Counted from the stretch's first letter, positions 29,553 through 40,098 are shown. The stretch is DNA of 64,000 nt from Candidatus Spongiisociaceae bacterium (GCA_965202665.1 OZ241841.1:1216001-1280000); one strand, 5' to 3'. Program-made: numbers and translations. Notes: a model not told the origin generated them from the sequence alone.

Positions 29553-31118
29553 TCAGCGCTCCACCAGTTTCATCTTGCGGTTGTAATAGTTGACCACCGA
29601 GGCCAGGCTGAGGCTGACGGCGGAGAAAAAGGTCATCCAGATGATGAACACCGCCAGGGCCTGGCCGGTCTGGTTGAAGATGGTCTGCCCCACCTGCACG
29701 ATTTCGGCGTAGGCCACCGCGATTCCCAGGGAAGTGTTTTTGGCCAGGTTCAGATACTGGGAACCGAGCGGCGGGAGGATAATGCGGGAAGCCTGCGGCA
29801 GCACCACCAGCCGCAAAGCCCGTCCCCGGTGCATCCCCAACGCGGCCGCCGCCTCCCCCTGTCCTTTGGGCACTCCCATAATCCCGGCCCGCACGATCTC
29901 GCCTATGAAAGCGGCCGTGTACAAGGTGACTCCCAGCCAGATGGCCAAAAAGCCAGGGGTGAGGGAATGGCCCGCCTCCTGCGAATACTGGGGGAAGCGG
30001 GTGGGAACCACCACCTCCGGGCGGGTGAAACGGAAAGGGTTGCCGGTGGAAAAATCGAATTTGGATGCCAGGAAATCAAAGGTGGGTTCCAACCCCCAGT
30101 TCATTTTGAAAAAGTCGCTACGCCCCAGCAGGCGATCCACGATGACCGCGCCCCATCCGGTCATGAAAAATACAGCTACCGCCAAGCCGATCACGCCCAC
30201 TAAGGCCATGCGGAAATAGTCCTCGTCGGTCAGTTTTGCCAACCCGGCCGGGGTGCGGCGGCTGGCCAGAAAGCGGCGGATGTACCAGAAGGCCAGCCAC
30301 AGGGCCAGCAGGGCCAGGACTATTTGCGCAACCAGCGCCGGTACCGCCCCCCACACCCAGGCCAAGGCGGAAAACACCCATCCCAGAATCCCCATGACCG
30401 GATGGGCGAACCATCCCGCCACCAGGAAGGCGACCACCACCGCGGCCGCCCAAGTGAAGGCGTAGGTTTCCCGGCCCTGTTCCTCCAACAGCGCCACCCG
30501 CCGTTTGTAAACCCAACGGGCGGCGAACAGGCCCGCCAGGACCAGGGCCAAATACTGCCATCGTCCGGCCAGGGGGGTGAGCCAGGGAAAAGCCACCCCT
30601 TTCGGACTGGCGAAAAACCATCCGGTTCCCTCCTGGTCGACTGTGAGGTCGGGGAAGGTGCTGATAACCAGGGCCAGCCAGAAAAAAACCTGCACCAAAA
30701 GCGGGATGTTGCGGAAAAACTCGATGTAGGCGTTGGCGATGCGGGACACGATCCAGTTGGAGGAAAGGCGGGCGATGCCGATGAGTGCCCCCAGCAGGGT
30801 GGCGACGATAATCCCGCTCCAGGTGACGCGCAACATGTTCACCATCCCCACCGTCATAGCCTCCAAAGAGGTGGCCGGGTCGGTGTTGAACCCCTCCCCC
30901 AGTTTGATTCCCACCGGCTCCCCCAGGAAATCCCAGGAGAAGGAGATGCCGGTGGCCCGCAGGTTGGCGGTGGCCTGGGTGATCAGAACCCACAGCATCC
31001 AGGCGAAGCCGAACAGGAAAACGATCTGCGCCACCCATTTCAAGATGAGGGCGTTGCGCCAGAAAGGGGGGCGGGCGTGTTCGGAGGCCCGGGAAGGAGG
31101 GCGGACCGGGGCGGTCAT
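29553..31118 (-). CDS. Amino-acid ABC permease (AapQ-like)
   Basis: YIEFFRNIPLLVQ, EIVRAGI..VPKGQ.EAA, YLNLAKNTSL. Confidence 0.9.
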   Translation of the reverse strand: MTAPVRPPSRASEHARPPFWRNALILKWVAQIVFLFGFAWMLWVLITQATANLRATGISFSWDFLGEPVGIKLGEGFNTDPATSLEAMTVGMVNMLRVTWSGIIVATLLGALIGIARLSSNWIVSRIANAYIEFFRNIPLLVQVFFWLALVISTFPDLTVDQEGTGWFFASPKGVAFPWLTPLAGRWQYLALVLAGLFAARWVYKRRVALLEEQGRETYAFTWAAAVVVAFLVAGWFAHPVMGILGWVFSALAWVWGAVPALVAQIVLALLALWLAFWYIRRFLASRRTPAGLAKLTDEDYFRMALVGVIGLAVAVFFMTGWGAVIVDRLLGRSDFFKMNWGLEPTFDFLASKFDFSTGNPFRFTRPEVVVPTRFPQYSQEAGHSLTPGFLAIWLGVTLYTAAFIGEIVRAGIMGVPKGQGEAAAALGMHRGRALRLVVLPQASRIILPPLGSQYLNLAKNTSLGIAVAYAEIVQVGQTIFNQTGQALAVFIIWMTFFSAVSLSLASVVNYYNRKMKLVER

Positions 31119-31298
31119 CGGAGGCCGGCCCCGCCGGGGAGTTCCCGCTTGCTACGCATAGGGAAACATTAGCAATCCGCAGTAAGCCGGGGCGGCGTCG
31201 GCATCATCCCGCAACCGGCCGCCCTCTCCGCCGTCCGAGTCATTTCGGTGACGGGAAAGAGGGGGATGCGAGAAGGGGCGCGGGGGATAGCGGCCACC

Positions 31299-32342
31299 CT
31301 ATCGGCGTTTGTCGCTTATCAGAGCAACACCGGTCCTGGAGGCCGCCACCGCTTGCTTGGCTATGGAGGGAATCTCCACGGCCATTTCTTCGGGGCTGAA
31401 CTTCCCGGCCCAGTTGGCCAGATAACTGACTGCGTTGCCCTCTGTGCCACAAGTTACGTCATCGCTCGGCGCGCGGCCGAGCGACAAACCCATTAACCAG
31501 TTGGCGCTGTCGGCAATCAGCTCCTCCCTCGCGTAAGGGAGGGAACCGAATTCCGTCGATGTCTCTCTTTCCGTTCCCGGCAAGACCGATGTGGCGTGCG
31601 CCAGCTCGTGGCAGAGGGTAGATTCCGCGGCTGCAGCGTTTTCGAAACGCTCCAGGATGGGGAGGGTTATCAGCTTCTCCTTTGGTTGGAAACTACCGCT
31701 GGGAGCTTGTGGATCGAACTCAACCTCAATAGGCGAGCGGTCGTGGATCCTGTCGATCCATTCTCTAACTCTTTCAGTTCTCCCCGATACCTTCATTCTG
31801 GGCGGGTCCCATCCGTCAACCTGGTCGGCGTTGAAAACCGGCGCCATTCCAAACGACATGCGCAAGTTGGAAAAGGTTTGACATTTGTTGCATTTTGATT
31901 TGGTAAGTCCATGATCCTCGCAAACGCGGTACAGACGCGGCACGAAAATGTGCGTTGGCTTCTCGCCTTTGCGAACTTGGGCCTCCAAACCCTCCCATTG
32001 TTTGCAAGTGGCCCACCAGCCGGTGGTGTAAGGGTTCTCCGGCTTTTTACCGTCCCAAGAGGGGGTTTGGTTGCCCCATGCCTGGCTTACCCGAAGGAAA
32101 AGGGTGTTCCACCTCCCCTGGTAGGCGCGCCCGGTGGCGGCGCTGGTGGGGACCAAGCCCAGGCCGGACAGCCCGGAGTTCCAATCCCAACGCTCGCCCC
32201 TCTTAGCCTTGGCGACCGCTCCGAGGAGCAGTCCTTCGGCGACCGCCTGCAGGCGGTCGGCGAGACTCGCTCCTTTCATTGTCGCTTCTTCCGTGGGTCG
32301 TCCCGGGTTGTCATCGCCGCCGCCCGCCCCCTGGCGGCTCAT
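31299..32342 (-). CDS. ardC: ArdC-like ssDNA-binding antirestriction protein (DUF1738 plus zincin-like domain)
   Basis: P.SAATGRAYQG.WN, WATCKQW....AQVRKGEK, VFNADQV, HELAH, FGSLPYAREELIA. Alternative start at 32279. Confidence 0.8.
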   Translation of the reverse strand: MSRQGAGGGDDNPGRPTEEATMKGASLADRLQAVAEGLLLGAVAKAKRGERWDWNSGLSGLGLVPTSAATGRAYQGRWNTLFLRVSQAWGNQTPSWDGKKPENPYTTGWWATCKQWEGLEAQVRKGEKPTHIFVPRLYRVCEDHGLTKSKCNKCQTFSNLRMSFGMAPVFNADQVDGWDPPRMKVSGRTERVREWIDRIHDRSPIEVEFDPQAPSGSFQPKEKLITLPILERFENAAAAESTLCHELAHATSVLPGTERETSTEFGSLPYAREELIADSANWLMGLSLGRAPSDDVTCGTEGNAVSYLANWAGKFSPEEMAVEIPSIAKQAVAASRTGVALISDKRR

Positions 32343-32722
32343 CAGCTCCCCCGTCTCGCAATGGCTACCGCCTCCCGGAGGGTGTCCGCCACCAGCGGGT
32401 CCTCCCCGATGCGCGCAACGATGAACCCGGAACCGAACGGGCGAATTCTGTAGGACCCGACCAACAGGTACGGGTTGCCGCCCTTGTACATACCGAACAC
32501 CGAAATCTGGGAGGGCATCAACTCCCGTCCCGACTCGGCTTCGGTCTCCGATTCGGGGGCATCGGCCAACTCAGCCGCCCGCCTCCCTCCGTGGTCCAGG
32601 CAGTTCCCGTCCTCGTCCAGCGGGGCTCCGCATACGCACGGTTTCTTCCCCGCCTCCAACGTGGCCTGCTGGCGGCGCATATGCTCCAACGCCGCTTCCG
32701 GCGTGCTAAACCAAACCTCCAT
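32342..32722 (-). CDS. Hypothetical protein coupled to ardC
   Basis: 126 aa with a CxC-x9-C cluster; its stop overlaps the ardC ATG (TGATG). Confidence 0.6.
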   Translation of the reverse strand: MEVWFSTPEAALEHMRRQQATLEAGKKPCVCGAPLDEDGNCLDHGGRRAAELADAPESETEAESGRELMPSQISVFGMYKGGNPYLLVGSYRIRPFGSGFIVARIGEDPLVADTLREAVAIARRGS

Positions 32723-32778
32723 TTTTCGCCTTTCCCGCTCGCATGTTCATCCGCGCTTTGCCGTCTTGGTTAAGCAAA

Positions 32779-32808
32779 TGAAGGGGACGCCGGGCGGCGT
32801 CCCCTTCA
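32779..32808. terminator. Intrinsic terminator or stabilising hairpin after the substrate-binding gene
   Basis: Perfect 13-bp stem TGAAGGGGACGCC-gggc-GGCGTCCCCTTCA, 24 nt past the stop at 32832. Confidence 0.75.
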
Positions 32809-32831
32809 CCTGTTTTTAATCCCGGTTGGGT

Positions 32832-34034
32832 TTACCGAGCGGGCGGGGCGTAGACCAGGCCCCCATCGGTCCAACGGGCGTTGGCCGAACCGGCCCGGGT
32901 GAAACCGAGCGGACCCAGGTTGCGGGTGTATATCTCGTCGTAGTTGCCCACCTGCCGGATGGCGTTGGCGAAAGCGTCCGCGTCCAAGTCCAAAGCCGTC
33001 TGCCTCTCGTCTTCGGAGGAACCCAGCAGGCGCCCTACCTCCGGGTCCTCCGGGTCGACAGCCATCTGGTCCACGTTGGACGAAGTGACGCCTTTTTCAT
33101 CGGCGATGATGAGGGCGAACACCGTCCAGTTGATCACGTCGCCCCAGGCGCTGTCGTTTTGCCGGTACATCGGGCCCAACGGCTCCTTGGAGATGGGCGT
33201 GGTCGGGAAAATGATCCAGTCGCCTTCGCTGATCTCGCCGTTCTGGATGGCCGAATAACGTTGGCCGAACAGCCCGGAACCGTCAGTGGTCACCAAGTCG
33301 CACGAACCGGCCCGGAACAGTTCCATCGCCTCCGGGAAGGCTTCCACCGTCACCAGTTCGATGGTGGCGCCCACCGTCCTGGCCCCTTCGGTGATGTTCT
33401 TTTCGGTGGTGGTTCCGGCGTTGGTGCACAACCGGGCCCCATCCACGTCGACCAAGGTGGAGGCGTCGGTGAAACCGAACGAGGCCTGGCCCATGATCTG
33501 CTGGCCGTCGTAGAAGGTGGTGGGACCGAAGTCGCCGCCCAACTCCGTGTCGCGACTCTGCGTCCAAGTGGTGTTGCGGAACAGCACGTCCACGTCGCCG
33601 GCGGTGAGGGCGTTGAACCGTTCGGCGGCGGTCAAGCCCACAAATTCCACCGCATTGGCGTCGCCCAACACGGCGGCCGCCACCGCCCGGCAGAAGTCGG
33701 CGTCGAATCCGGAGGAGGAACCATCTTCCTGCGGCTCGGAGAAGCCGATGGCCCCGGTGGAAACCCCGCATCGCAAAGAGCCGCGGGCTCTCACCGCATC
33801 CAAAGTGCTTTCGCCTTGCGTCACGGTCACGTCCACCGCGGTGGTGGTGGTTTCACCCGCTTCGGTGGTGGTGGCCTCGGCAGCCTCGGCGGCGGTGGTG
33901 GTGGCCTCGGACTCGGCCGCGGCCGTGGAAGAAGTAGCCGGAGCGACCGTGGTTTCGGGGGCGCTATCCCCGCCTCCGCAGGCCGCGGCTGCCATAACCA
34001 GGGCGACTGTCATCGCCAAAAGTTTAATTTTCAT
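32832..34034 (-). CDS. Amino-acid ABC substrate-binding lipoprotein (AapJ/BztA-like)
   Basis: Lipobox AAAC, T/A/E-rich linker, GFDADFCRAVAAA, RNTTWT.SRD, SKEPLGP, GLVYAPP.R. Confidence 0.92.
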   Translation of the reverse strand: MKIKLLAMTVALVMAAAACGGGDSAPETTVAPATSSTAAAESEATTTAAEAAEATTTEAGETTTTAVDVTVTQGESTLDAVRARGSLRCGVSTGAIGFSEPQEDGSSSGFDADFCRAVAAAVLGDANAVEFVGLTAAERFNALTAGDVDVLFRNTTWTQSRDTELGGDFGPTTFYDGQQIMGQASFGFTDASTLVDVDGARLCTNAGTTTEKNITEGARTVGATIELVTVEAFPEAMELFRAGSCDLVTTDGSGLFGQRYSAIQNGEISEGDWIIFPTTPISKEPLGPMYRQNDSAWGDVINWTVFALIIADEKGVTSSNVDQMAVDPEDPEVGRLLGSSEDERQTALDLDADAFANAIRQVGNYDEIYTRNLGPLGFTRAGSANARWTDGGLVYAPPAR

Positions 34035-34153
34035 TAGGTTTCGTACCCTCCCTCTTCCAGGTCTTGGTGGTAGGTGTTTGCTTCTAAACATAATAACATC
34101 CGGCTGGCAAAATCAAAAATCGTCGGAAAAAACAGGTCGCTTCCCCGGCCCGG

Positions 34154-35221
34154 TCAGCGGGCGGGCGGAGCGTAAATTAAACCTCCTTCCGTCCAACGGG
34201 CGTTGGCGGTTCCCACCCGGGTGAACCCCAAAGCCCCCAAACTGCGGTTGTAAATCTCATCGTAGTTGCCGACCTGCCGGATGGCGGCCGCGAAAGCGTC
34301 GGGGGCCAAGCCCAAAGCCGACTGCTTCTCGTCGTCGGAAACCCCCAGCAGGCGCCCCGCCTCCGGGTCGGGCGGGTTGGCCGCCATTTGATCCACGTTG
34401 GCGGAGGTGATCCCTTTTTCATCGGCGATGACCAGGGCGAACACCGTCCAGTTTACGACATCGGCCCATTCGCTGTCGTTCTGCCGGTACACCGGGCCCA
34501 GCGGTTCTTTGGAAAAAGGGGTTCTGGGGAAAATAACCCATTCGCCGGGGGCTATTTCCCCTCGGGAGACGGCCGCGAACCGCTCCCCGGCCAGCACCGA
34601 ATTGTCGGTGGTGAACAGGTCGCAGGCGGAGGCCTTGAACGACTCCAATGCTTCGGTAAGGGACTCCGAGGTGATCAGTTCGATGTCCGCCCCGGCCGCC
34701 CTGGCCCCCTCCGCCATGTTCTTTTCGGTGGTGGTGCCGGCGTTGGTGCACACCCGGGCCCCGTCGATGTCGGCCAGGGTGGAATCGTCGGTGAACCCGA
34801 CCGAGGCCCGCCCCATGACCTGCTGTCCGTCGTAAAAAGTCACCGGCCCGAAGTCGGTTCCCAACTCCACATCCCGGGTCTGGCTCCAAGTGGTGTTGCG
34901 GAAGATTACGTCGATTCCGCCCGAGGCGAGCACGATGAACCGGTTGGCTTCCACCCCCACGAACTGCACCGCCCCGGCGTCGCCCAGCACGGCGGCCGCC
35001 ACCGCCCGGCAGAAGTCGGCGTCGAACCCCTCATAGGAACCTTCGGCGGTGGGAACCGCGAAACCGATGGCGGAAGAGGCCACCCCGCACCGCAACGACC
35101 CGCGGGCCTGCACCTCGGCCAAAGTGCCCCCGGCGGCTCCGGAGTCGGTCTGGGCCATCGGGGCGGCGGAGGTTACGTACACCATCGCCAGCGCCAACAG
35201 AGTCGCCCAGATTCTTTTCAT
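34154..35221 (-). CDS. Second AapJ/BztA-like substrate-binding protein
   Basis: Same motifs as 32832-34034; Sec-type signal peptide without a lipobox Cys. Confidence 0.9.
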   Translation of the reverse strand: MKRIWATLLALAMVYVTSAAPMAQTDSGAAGGTLAEVQARGSLRCGVASSAIGFAVPTAEGSYEGFDADFCRAVAAAVLGDAGAVQFVGVEANRFIVLASGGIDVIFRNTTWSQTRDVELGTDFGPVTFYDGQQVMGRASVGFTDDSTLADIDGARVCTNAGTTTEKNMAEGARAAGADIELITSESLTEALESFKASACDLFTTDNSVLAGERFAAVSRGEIAPGEWVIFPRTPFSKEPLGPVYRQNDSEWADVVNWTVFALVIADEKGITSANVDQMAANPPDPEAGRLLGVSDDEKQSALGLAPDAFAAAIRQVGNYDEIYNRSLGALGFTRVGTANARWTEGGLIYAPPAR

Positions 35222-35323
35222 AGCCCCTTTGCCCCTTTCCCCGCCCCGGACACCGGCAAGTTTACCATATCTCCGCATCTCCGCCCGCGGCTCCCCCGGG
35301 CGAGCCGTTTTCGGGCCTTCGTT

Positions 35324-37285
35324 TCACCCGGCGGCCGGAGGGCGGGCCGACACCGGTTGGATGTGCTTGCGGGCTTCGGCCGCGATACCCTCCGCGTCCA
35401 AAGAAAACATGCTCAAAATCTCCTCCACTTCCCCGTGCGGAATGTGAACGGCGGGCAGGCCCAGGGCAACCACCGGAGTTTCGGTGGAGGCGGAAACCTG
35501 ATCCCGGACGGCGGCCCCGATCCCCCCCTCCCGCAGGCCGTCTTCAACGGTTACCACCAGCCGGTGGCGCACCGCGTCGGCGATCATCACCGGGTCCAAA
35601 GGTTTCACCACCCGCGGGTCCCACACCGAACAGCTCACCCCCTCCGCTTCCAACAGGCGGGCCGCCTCCCGGACGGCGGTCAGCATCTTCCCCACCCCAA
35701 TCAGGCACACCTCCGACCCGGCGGCGACTTGGCGGGCGGCCAGCCCCCGTCCCGTCTCCTCCGGTCCGACGCGGGGGGCGGCGGTTTTGGGCCAGCGCAG
35801 GGCGGAGGGCCCGCCGGTGATGTTCAAGGCCTCTTCCAGCATCACCGCCACCTCCTCGTAGGAGGAAGGGGCGAAAATGGTCATTCCCGGAATTTTGGAC
35901 AGCAACACCAGATCCAGCGCGCCGTGATGGGAGGGGCCGTCGTCCCCGGTGACCCCCGCCCGGTCGATGCCGAACACCACCGGACATCCGTGCAAGGCGG
36001 CGTCCAAGTTGATCTGATCCAAGGCCCGGGTCAGGAAAGTGGAGTAGACGGCCACCACCGGGCGCATTCCGCCCATGGCCATCCCGGCCGCCATGGTCAC
36101 CGCGTGCTGTTCGGCGATTCCCACATCGAAACTTCGCTCCGGGAACTCTTCCATAAAAGGAAGCAACCCGGTGGAGTCGGGCATGGCGGCGGTGATGGCC
36201 GCCACCTCCGGGCGGCGCCGCCCGGCGGCCAGCAGGGCCTGCGAGAAGGCGTCGGTGTAGGAACCTTCCCGGATGGAGGACATGTCGTGCAGGTTTTTGA
36301 TGGGATCGGCCTCGGCCGGCGCGTATCCCCGCCCTTTTTGGGTGATGACATGCACCACGGTCGGCCCCTCCATCTGCTCCACATTGGACAGGGCCTTTTC
36401 CAACTCGGCGATGTCGTGGCCGTTGTAAGGCCCCATGTAACTGACGCCCAGCTGTTCGAAAAAGGCGGGAGGTTCCCACATTTGGCGCACCGCCGCTTTG
36501 GTGGCGTCGATGCCCCGTCGCAACATGTCCCCCACCCAGGGCACTGATTCGGCGATGGACTCCAAAGCCCGTTGCCGCCTGCGGTACACCGGGTTGGAGC
36601 GTATTTTGACCAGGCTTTCGGACAGGCGGGAAACGGTGGGGGCGTAGGAGCGGCCGTTGTCGTTGAGCACGATGGTCACGTTGGATTGGGAATGGCCCAG
36701 GTTGTTCAAACCTTCGAAGGACATCCCGCCGGTGAGCGACCCGTCCCCCACCACCGCCGCCACCCGCCGGGAGTTGCCGGCGGCGGCAAAGGCGGAAGCC
36801 AAGCCGTGGGCGTAGGAGAGGGCGGTGGAGGCGTGGCTGTTTTCGATCCAGTCATGCGGGGATTCCATCCGGCTGGGATAACCGGACATTCCGCCGGGGC
36901 GGCGAAGGGAGGCGAAGGCCCCTCGCCGGCCGGTGAGCAACTTGTGGGGATAGGTCTGATGGCCGGTGTCGAACAGAATCACATCCCGGGGGGAGTCGTA
37001 CACCCGGTGCAGGGCGATGGTCAGTTCCACTATTCCCAGGTTGGACCCCAGATGGCCGCCGTTGGCGCTGACGGTGGCTACGATCACCGACCTGATTTCC
37101 CCGGCCAGGCGTACCATCTCCTCCGGGTTCAGCCGGCGCAGATGGCTGGGTTCGCTTATGCGGTCCAGCAGGGGGGTGGCGGGCGGGGATTGGCGGGACT
37201 GGGAAATTTCGGGTTCCAAATCGTCGGACGGGGGTAGCGGGGACAGGCTAATGGGGGCCGTCTGCTCGGCGGGCGGCCCCTCCAT
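35324..37285 (-). CDS. dxs: 1-deoxy-D-xylulose-5-phosphate synthase
   Basis: GGHLGSNLG, DTGHQTYPHK, GDGSLTGG..FEGLNN, DVGIAEQHA, DGPSHHG. Confidence 0.95.
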   Translation of the reverse strand: MEGPPAEQTAPISLSPLPPSDDLEPEISQSRQSPPATPLLDRISEPSHLRRLNPEEMVRLAGEIRSVIVATVSANGGHLGSNLGIVELTIALHRVYDSPRDVILFDTGHQTYPHKLLTGRRGAFASLRRPGGMSGYPSRMESPHDWIENSHASTALSYAHGLASAFAAAGNSRRVAAVVGDGSLTGGMSFEGLNNLGHSQSNVTIVLNDNGRSYAPTVSRLSESLVKIRSNPVYRRRQRALESIAESVPWVGDMLRRGIDATKAAVRQMWEPPAFFEQLGVSYMGPYNGHDIAELEKALSNVEQMEGPTVVHVITQKGRGYAPAEADPIKNLHDMSSIREGSYTDAFSQALLAAGRRRPEVAAITAAMPDSTGLLPFMEEFPERSFDVGIAEQHAVTMAAGMAMGGMRPVVAVYSTFLTRALDQINLDAALHGCPVVFGIDRAGVTGDDGPSHHGALDLVLLSKIPGMTIFAPSSYEEVAVMLEEALNITGGPSALRWPKTAAPRVGPEETGRGLAARQVAAGSEVCLIGVGKMLTAVREAARLLEAEGVSCSVWDPRVVKPLDPVMIADAVRHRLVVTVEDGLREGGIGAAVRDQVSASTETPVVALGLPAVHIPHGEVEEILSMFSLDAEGIAAEARKHIQPVSARPPAAG

Positions 37286-37286
37286 C

Positions 37287-39332
37287 TTACCCTGTTTTTC
37301 CGCCCGCCGCGGACAGGGGGGAGCGGCGCAGGGCCCGCTCCATCAGCGACTGATGCAAATCCACCTGGCCCGTCCCGCCCCGGCGCAGATAGGAGCCGTC
37401 CGGTTGCAGAAGCCACGACAGGTGGTCGTCGGCCCGGCACAAATCCAGAATCTCCTCCAAGCGCTCCTGCAAAGCCGGGTCTTCGATGGGGGTGAGGGAC
37501 TCCACCCGCCGGTCCAGGTTGCGGGGCATCCAGTCGGCGGACCCGATGTAGTAGGTGAAGCCCCGTTCGGGGCGTCCGAAACGGACGATGCGGGAATGTT
37601 CCAGAAAACGGCCCACGATGGAGCGGACGGTGATGTTGTCGCTCATCCCGGGCACCCCGGGGCGCAAACGGCAGATGCCGCGCACGATCAGTTCGATGCG
37701 GGTCCCGGCCTGCGAGGCCCGGTACAGGGCGTCGATCATCGGCTGGTCCACCAGGGAGTTCATTTTGGCCACCACGTGCCCGTCCTCGTAGGAGGATTCC
37801 CGTTCCACCATTTCCAACAGCTGGTCCCGCAAATGGGCGGGGGCTACCAGCAGTTTGCCGTAGGAGCGCCGGGCCCCGTAGCCGGTCAGGTGGTTGAAAA
37901 GCCCGCTGACGTCGGCCCCGATCTCCGGGTCGCGGGTGAAAAATCCGATGTCTTCGTAGAGGCGGGCGGTGCGTTCATTGTAGTTGCCGGTGGAAGTGTG
38001 CACGTAGCGCACCAGCTCCGAACCTTCCCGGCGCACCACCAAGCACAGTTTGGCGTGGGTTTTCAACCCGACCAGCCCGTAGGCCACATGGGCCCCCGAT
38101 TCTTCCAAAGCCTCCGCCCGCTCGATGTTGCGGGCCTCCTCGAACCGGGCTTTCAGCTCCACCAGGGCCGCCACCTGCTTGCCCCGCTCAGCGGCTTCGA
38201 TCAGGGCGTTGACCACGGAGGAGTCGGGGGAGGCTCGGTACAGGGTCTGTTTGATGGCCAGCACCTGCGGGTCGCGGGCCGCTTGGCGCAGAAACTCACC
38301 GGTGGTGGCCCCGAACGACTCGTAGGGGTGATGCACCAGCAGGTCGCCGCGGCTGATCACTTCGAACAGGTCGTCGCCCGCCGCCACCCGGGGCGGGGTT
38401 ACCGGCTGGTAGGGCGGCCAGCGGTGCCGGGGAAAATCCATTCCCGCCTGGCCGGACAAATCGCCCAACCCGATCAGGCCGGACACTCGGTAGACGTGCC
38501 GTTCCTCGATTTCCAGCTCCCGCACCAGCAGGCGCAGGGCGTCCGGGTCGATGTTGCGTTCCACCTCCAAGCGGGCCACCCGCCCGAAGCGGCTTCTTCC
38601 CAACTCGGAGCGAATGGCCTCCATCAGGTCGTCCACCTGCATGTCCGGCACGTCGATGTCGTTGTAACGGGTCACCCGGAACGGATGGCAACGGGTTATT
38701 TCCAAACCGGGGAACAACTCGTCCAAATGGGCGGTGATCACCTGCTCCAAAGGAACATGGCCGTCCCCGTCCGGCAGTTCCACGAAGCGGGGCAGCACCG
38801 GAGGCACTTTGACGCGGGCGAAACGTTCGGTGCGGGAATCGGGCTCCCGCACCATCACCGCCAAATTGAGGGACAGGTTGGAGATGAAAGGAAAAGGATG
38901 GGCGGGGTCCACCGCCAGCGGAGTCAGAACCGGGAACAATTGTTCGTGAAAAACATCGCACAAAACCTTGCGGTCTTGGTCGTCCAGCGAATCCCACAGG
39001 CGGACGGGGGCCCCTATTTCGGCGAGGCCCGGTTGGATGACGGTGCGGAAAATGGCGCTCTGGCGGGCGTATATTTCTTCCACTCCGGCCCGCACTTCGG
39101 CCAGGCGGCGGCGGGCCCCGCCCGCTTTGACCGGCAAGCCGCGCATGCCCGCCTCCTGCCGTTCCTCCAACTCGGCGATGCGCACCTGGAAAAACTCGTC
39201 CAACAGTTCGCTGACGATGGCCACGTAGTTGACCCGTTCCAACAGCGGCGTGTTCTCGTTTTCCGCCTGGGCCAGAACCCGGCGCACAAACTGCAGCCAG
39301 GACAGGGCGTTGTCAAAATATTTCCGGGCCAT
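37287..39332 (-). CDS. ppk1: Polyphosphate kinase 1
   Basis: LDEFFQVR, HPFPFISNLS, HHPYESF, ELKARFEE, KTHAK, STGNYN, FLEHSR, GSADWMPRNLDRRVE. Confidence 0.95.
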   Translation of the reverse strand: MARKYFDNALSWLQFVRRVLAQAENENTPLLERVNYVAIVSELLDEFFQVRIAELEERQEAGMRGLPVKAGGARRRLAEVRAGVEEIYARQSAIFRTVIQPGLAEIGAPVRLWDSLDDQDRKVLCDVFHEQLFPVLTPLAVDPAHPFPFISNLSLNLAVMVREPDSRTERFARVKVPPVLPRFVELPDGDGHVPLEQVITAHLDELFPGLEITRCHPFRVTRYNDIDVPDMQVDDLMEAIRSELGRSRFGRVARLEVERNIDPDALRLLVRELEIEERHVYRVSGLIGLGDLSGQAGMDFPRHRWPPYQPVTPPRVAAGDDLFEVISRGDLLVHHPYESFGATTGEFLRQAARDPQVLAIKQTLYRASPDSSVVNALIEAAERGKQVAALVELKARFEEARNIERAEALEESGAHVAYGLVGLKTHAKLCLVVRREGSELVRYVHTSTGNYNERTARLYEDIGFFTRDPEIGADVSGLFNHLTGYGARRSYGKLLVAPAHLRDQLLEMVERESSYEDGHVVAKMNSLVDQPMIDALYRASQAGTRIELIVRGICRLRPGVPGMSDNITVRSIVGRFLEHSRIVRFGRPERGFTYYIGSADWMPRNLDRRVESLTPIEDPALQERLEEILDLCRADDHLSWLLQPDGSYLRRGGTGQVDLHQSLMERALRRSPLSAAGGKTG

Positions 39333-39347
39333 ATCCCCGTCTGTTCG

Positions 39348-40013
39348 CTATCCGCCGCGCTCCGCCGCCGGTTCCGCGGAGGACCGGGCGGGGGGCGGGG
39401 CGTCCGGGTCCGCCGCCAAACCGGTCAGCAACAGGTCGGTGACCGCCCGGACGACTAAAGGCAGGTCCCGTTGCGGCTGGTCGGAATCGATGAGGGTGCG
39501 GGCGGCGGACATTATCAGGTTGTACAAAAACATCTCGGCCAACGGCCCGGGCAGCGGCTTGAACTCCCCCTGCTCCGCCCCCGACCGGTAAACGGCAGCC
39601 AACTCTTCGGACAACGTCCCGTGGGCGGCCGCCACCCGCTGATGGACGGGACGGGGCAGTTTAGGGGTTTCCCGGTGCAACAGATGTCCCAAGGCGGGGT
39701 CGTGGACCACGAACTCCAGCATGGTGGAGGCCAGAAACCGCAAGCGGGCGGAGGGCGGATAATCGGGGGCCCGGCCCACCATCTCCCCGATGATCCGGGG
39801 CAGGAACTCTTCCACCAAAGAGGCCAGCATGTCGTGCTTGTCGGTGAAATAGTCGTACAGGGTGGTGCGGCCCAGATCGCATTTCTCCGCCACCAAAGCG
39901 AAAGAGACCTTTTCGTAACCATGGTTGGCGAACAGGTCCAAAGCGGCCTGCAGAATCTGCGACCGGGTGAGGGTTTTGTGTTCGGCGATGGAGCCGGCGC
40001 GTATCCGGGGCAT
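39348..40013 (-). CDS. TetR/AcrR family regulator
   Basis: N-terminal ILQAALDLF...GY...S...VA....GRTTLYDYFTDK HTH. Confidence 0.88.
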   Translation of the reverse strand: MPRIRAGSIAEHKTLTRSQILQAALDLFANHGYEKVSFALVAEKCDLGRTTLYDYFTDKHDMLASLVEEFLPRIIGEMVGRAPDYPPSARLRFLASTMLEFVVHDPALGHLLHRETPKLPRPVHQRVAAAHGTLSEELAAVYRSGAEQGEFKPLPGPLAEMFLYNLIMSAARTLIDSDQPQRDLPLVVRAVTDLLLTGLAADPDAPPPARSSAEPAAERGG

Positions 40014-40098
40014 GTCCCCAGACTACCCCCGGCGGGCGGTTGCGCGCGGCGAACGGGCGACGGCTATCCTCAGCGGCAGCAACGGGGAGGTTCCGGTA

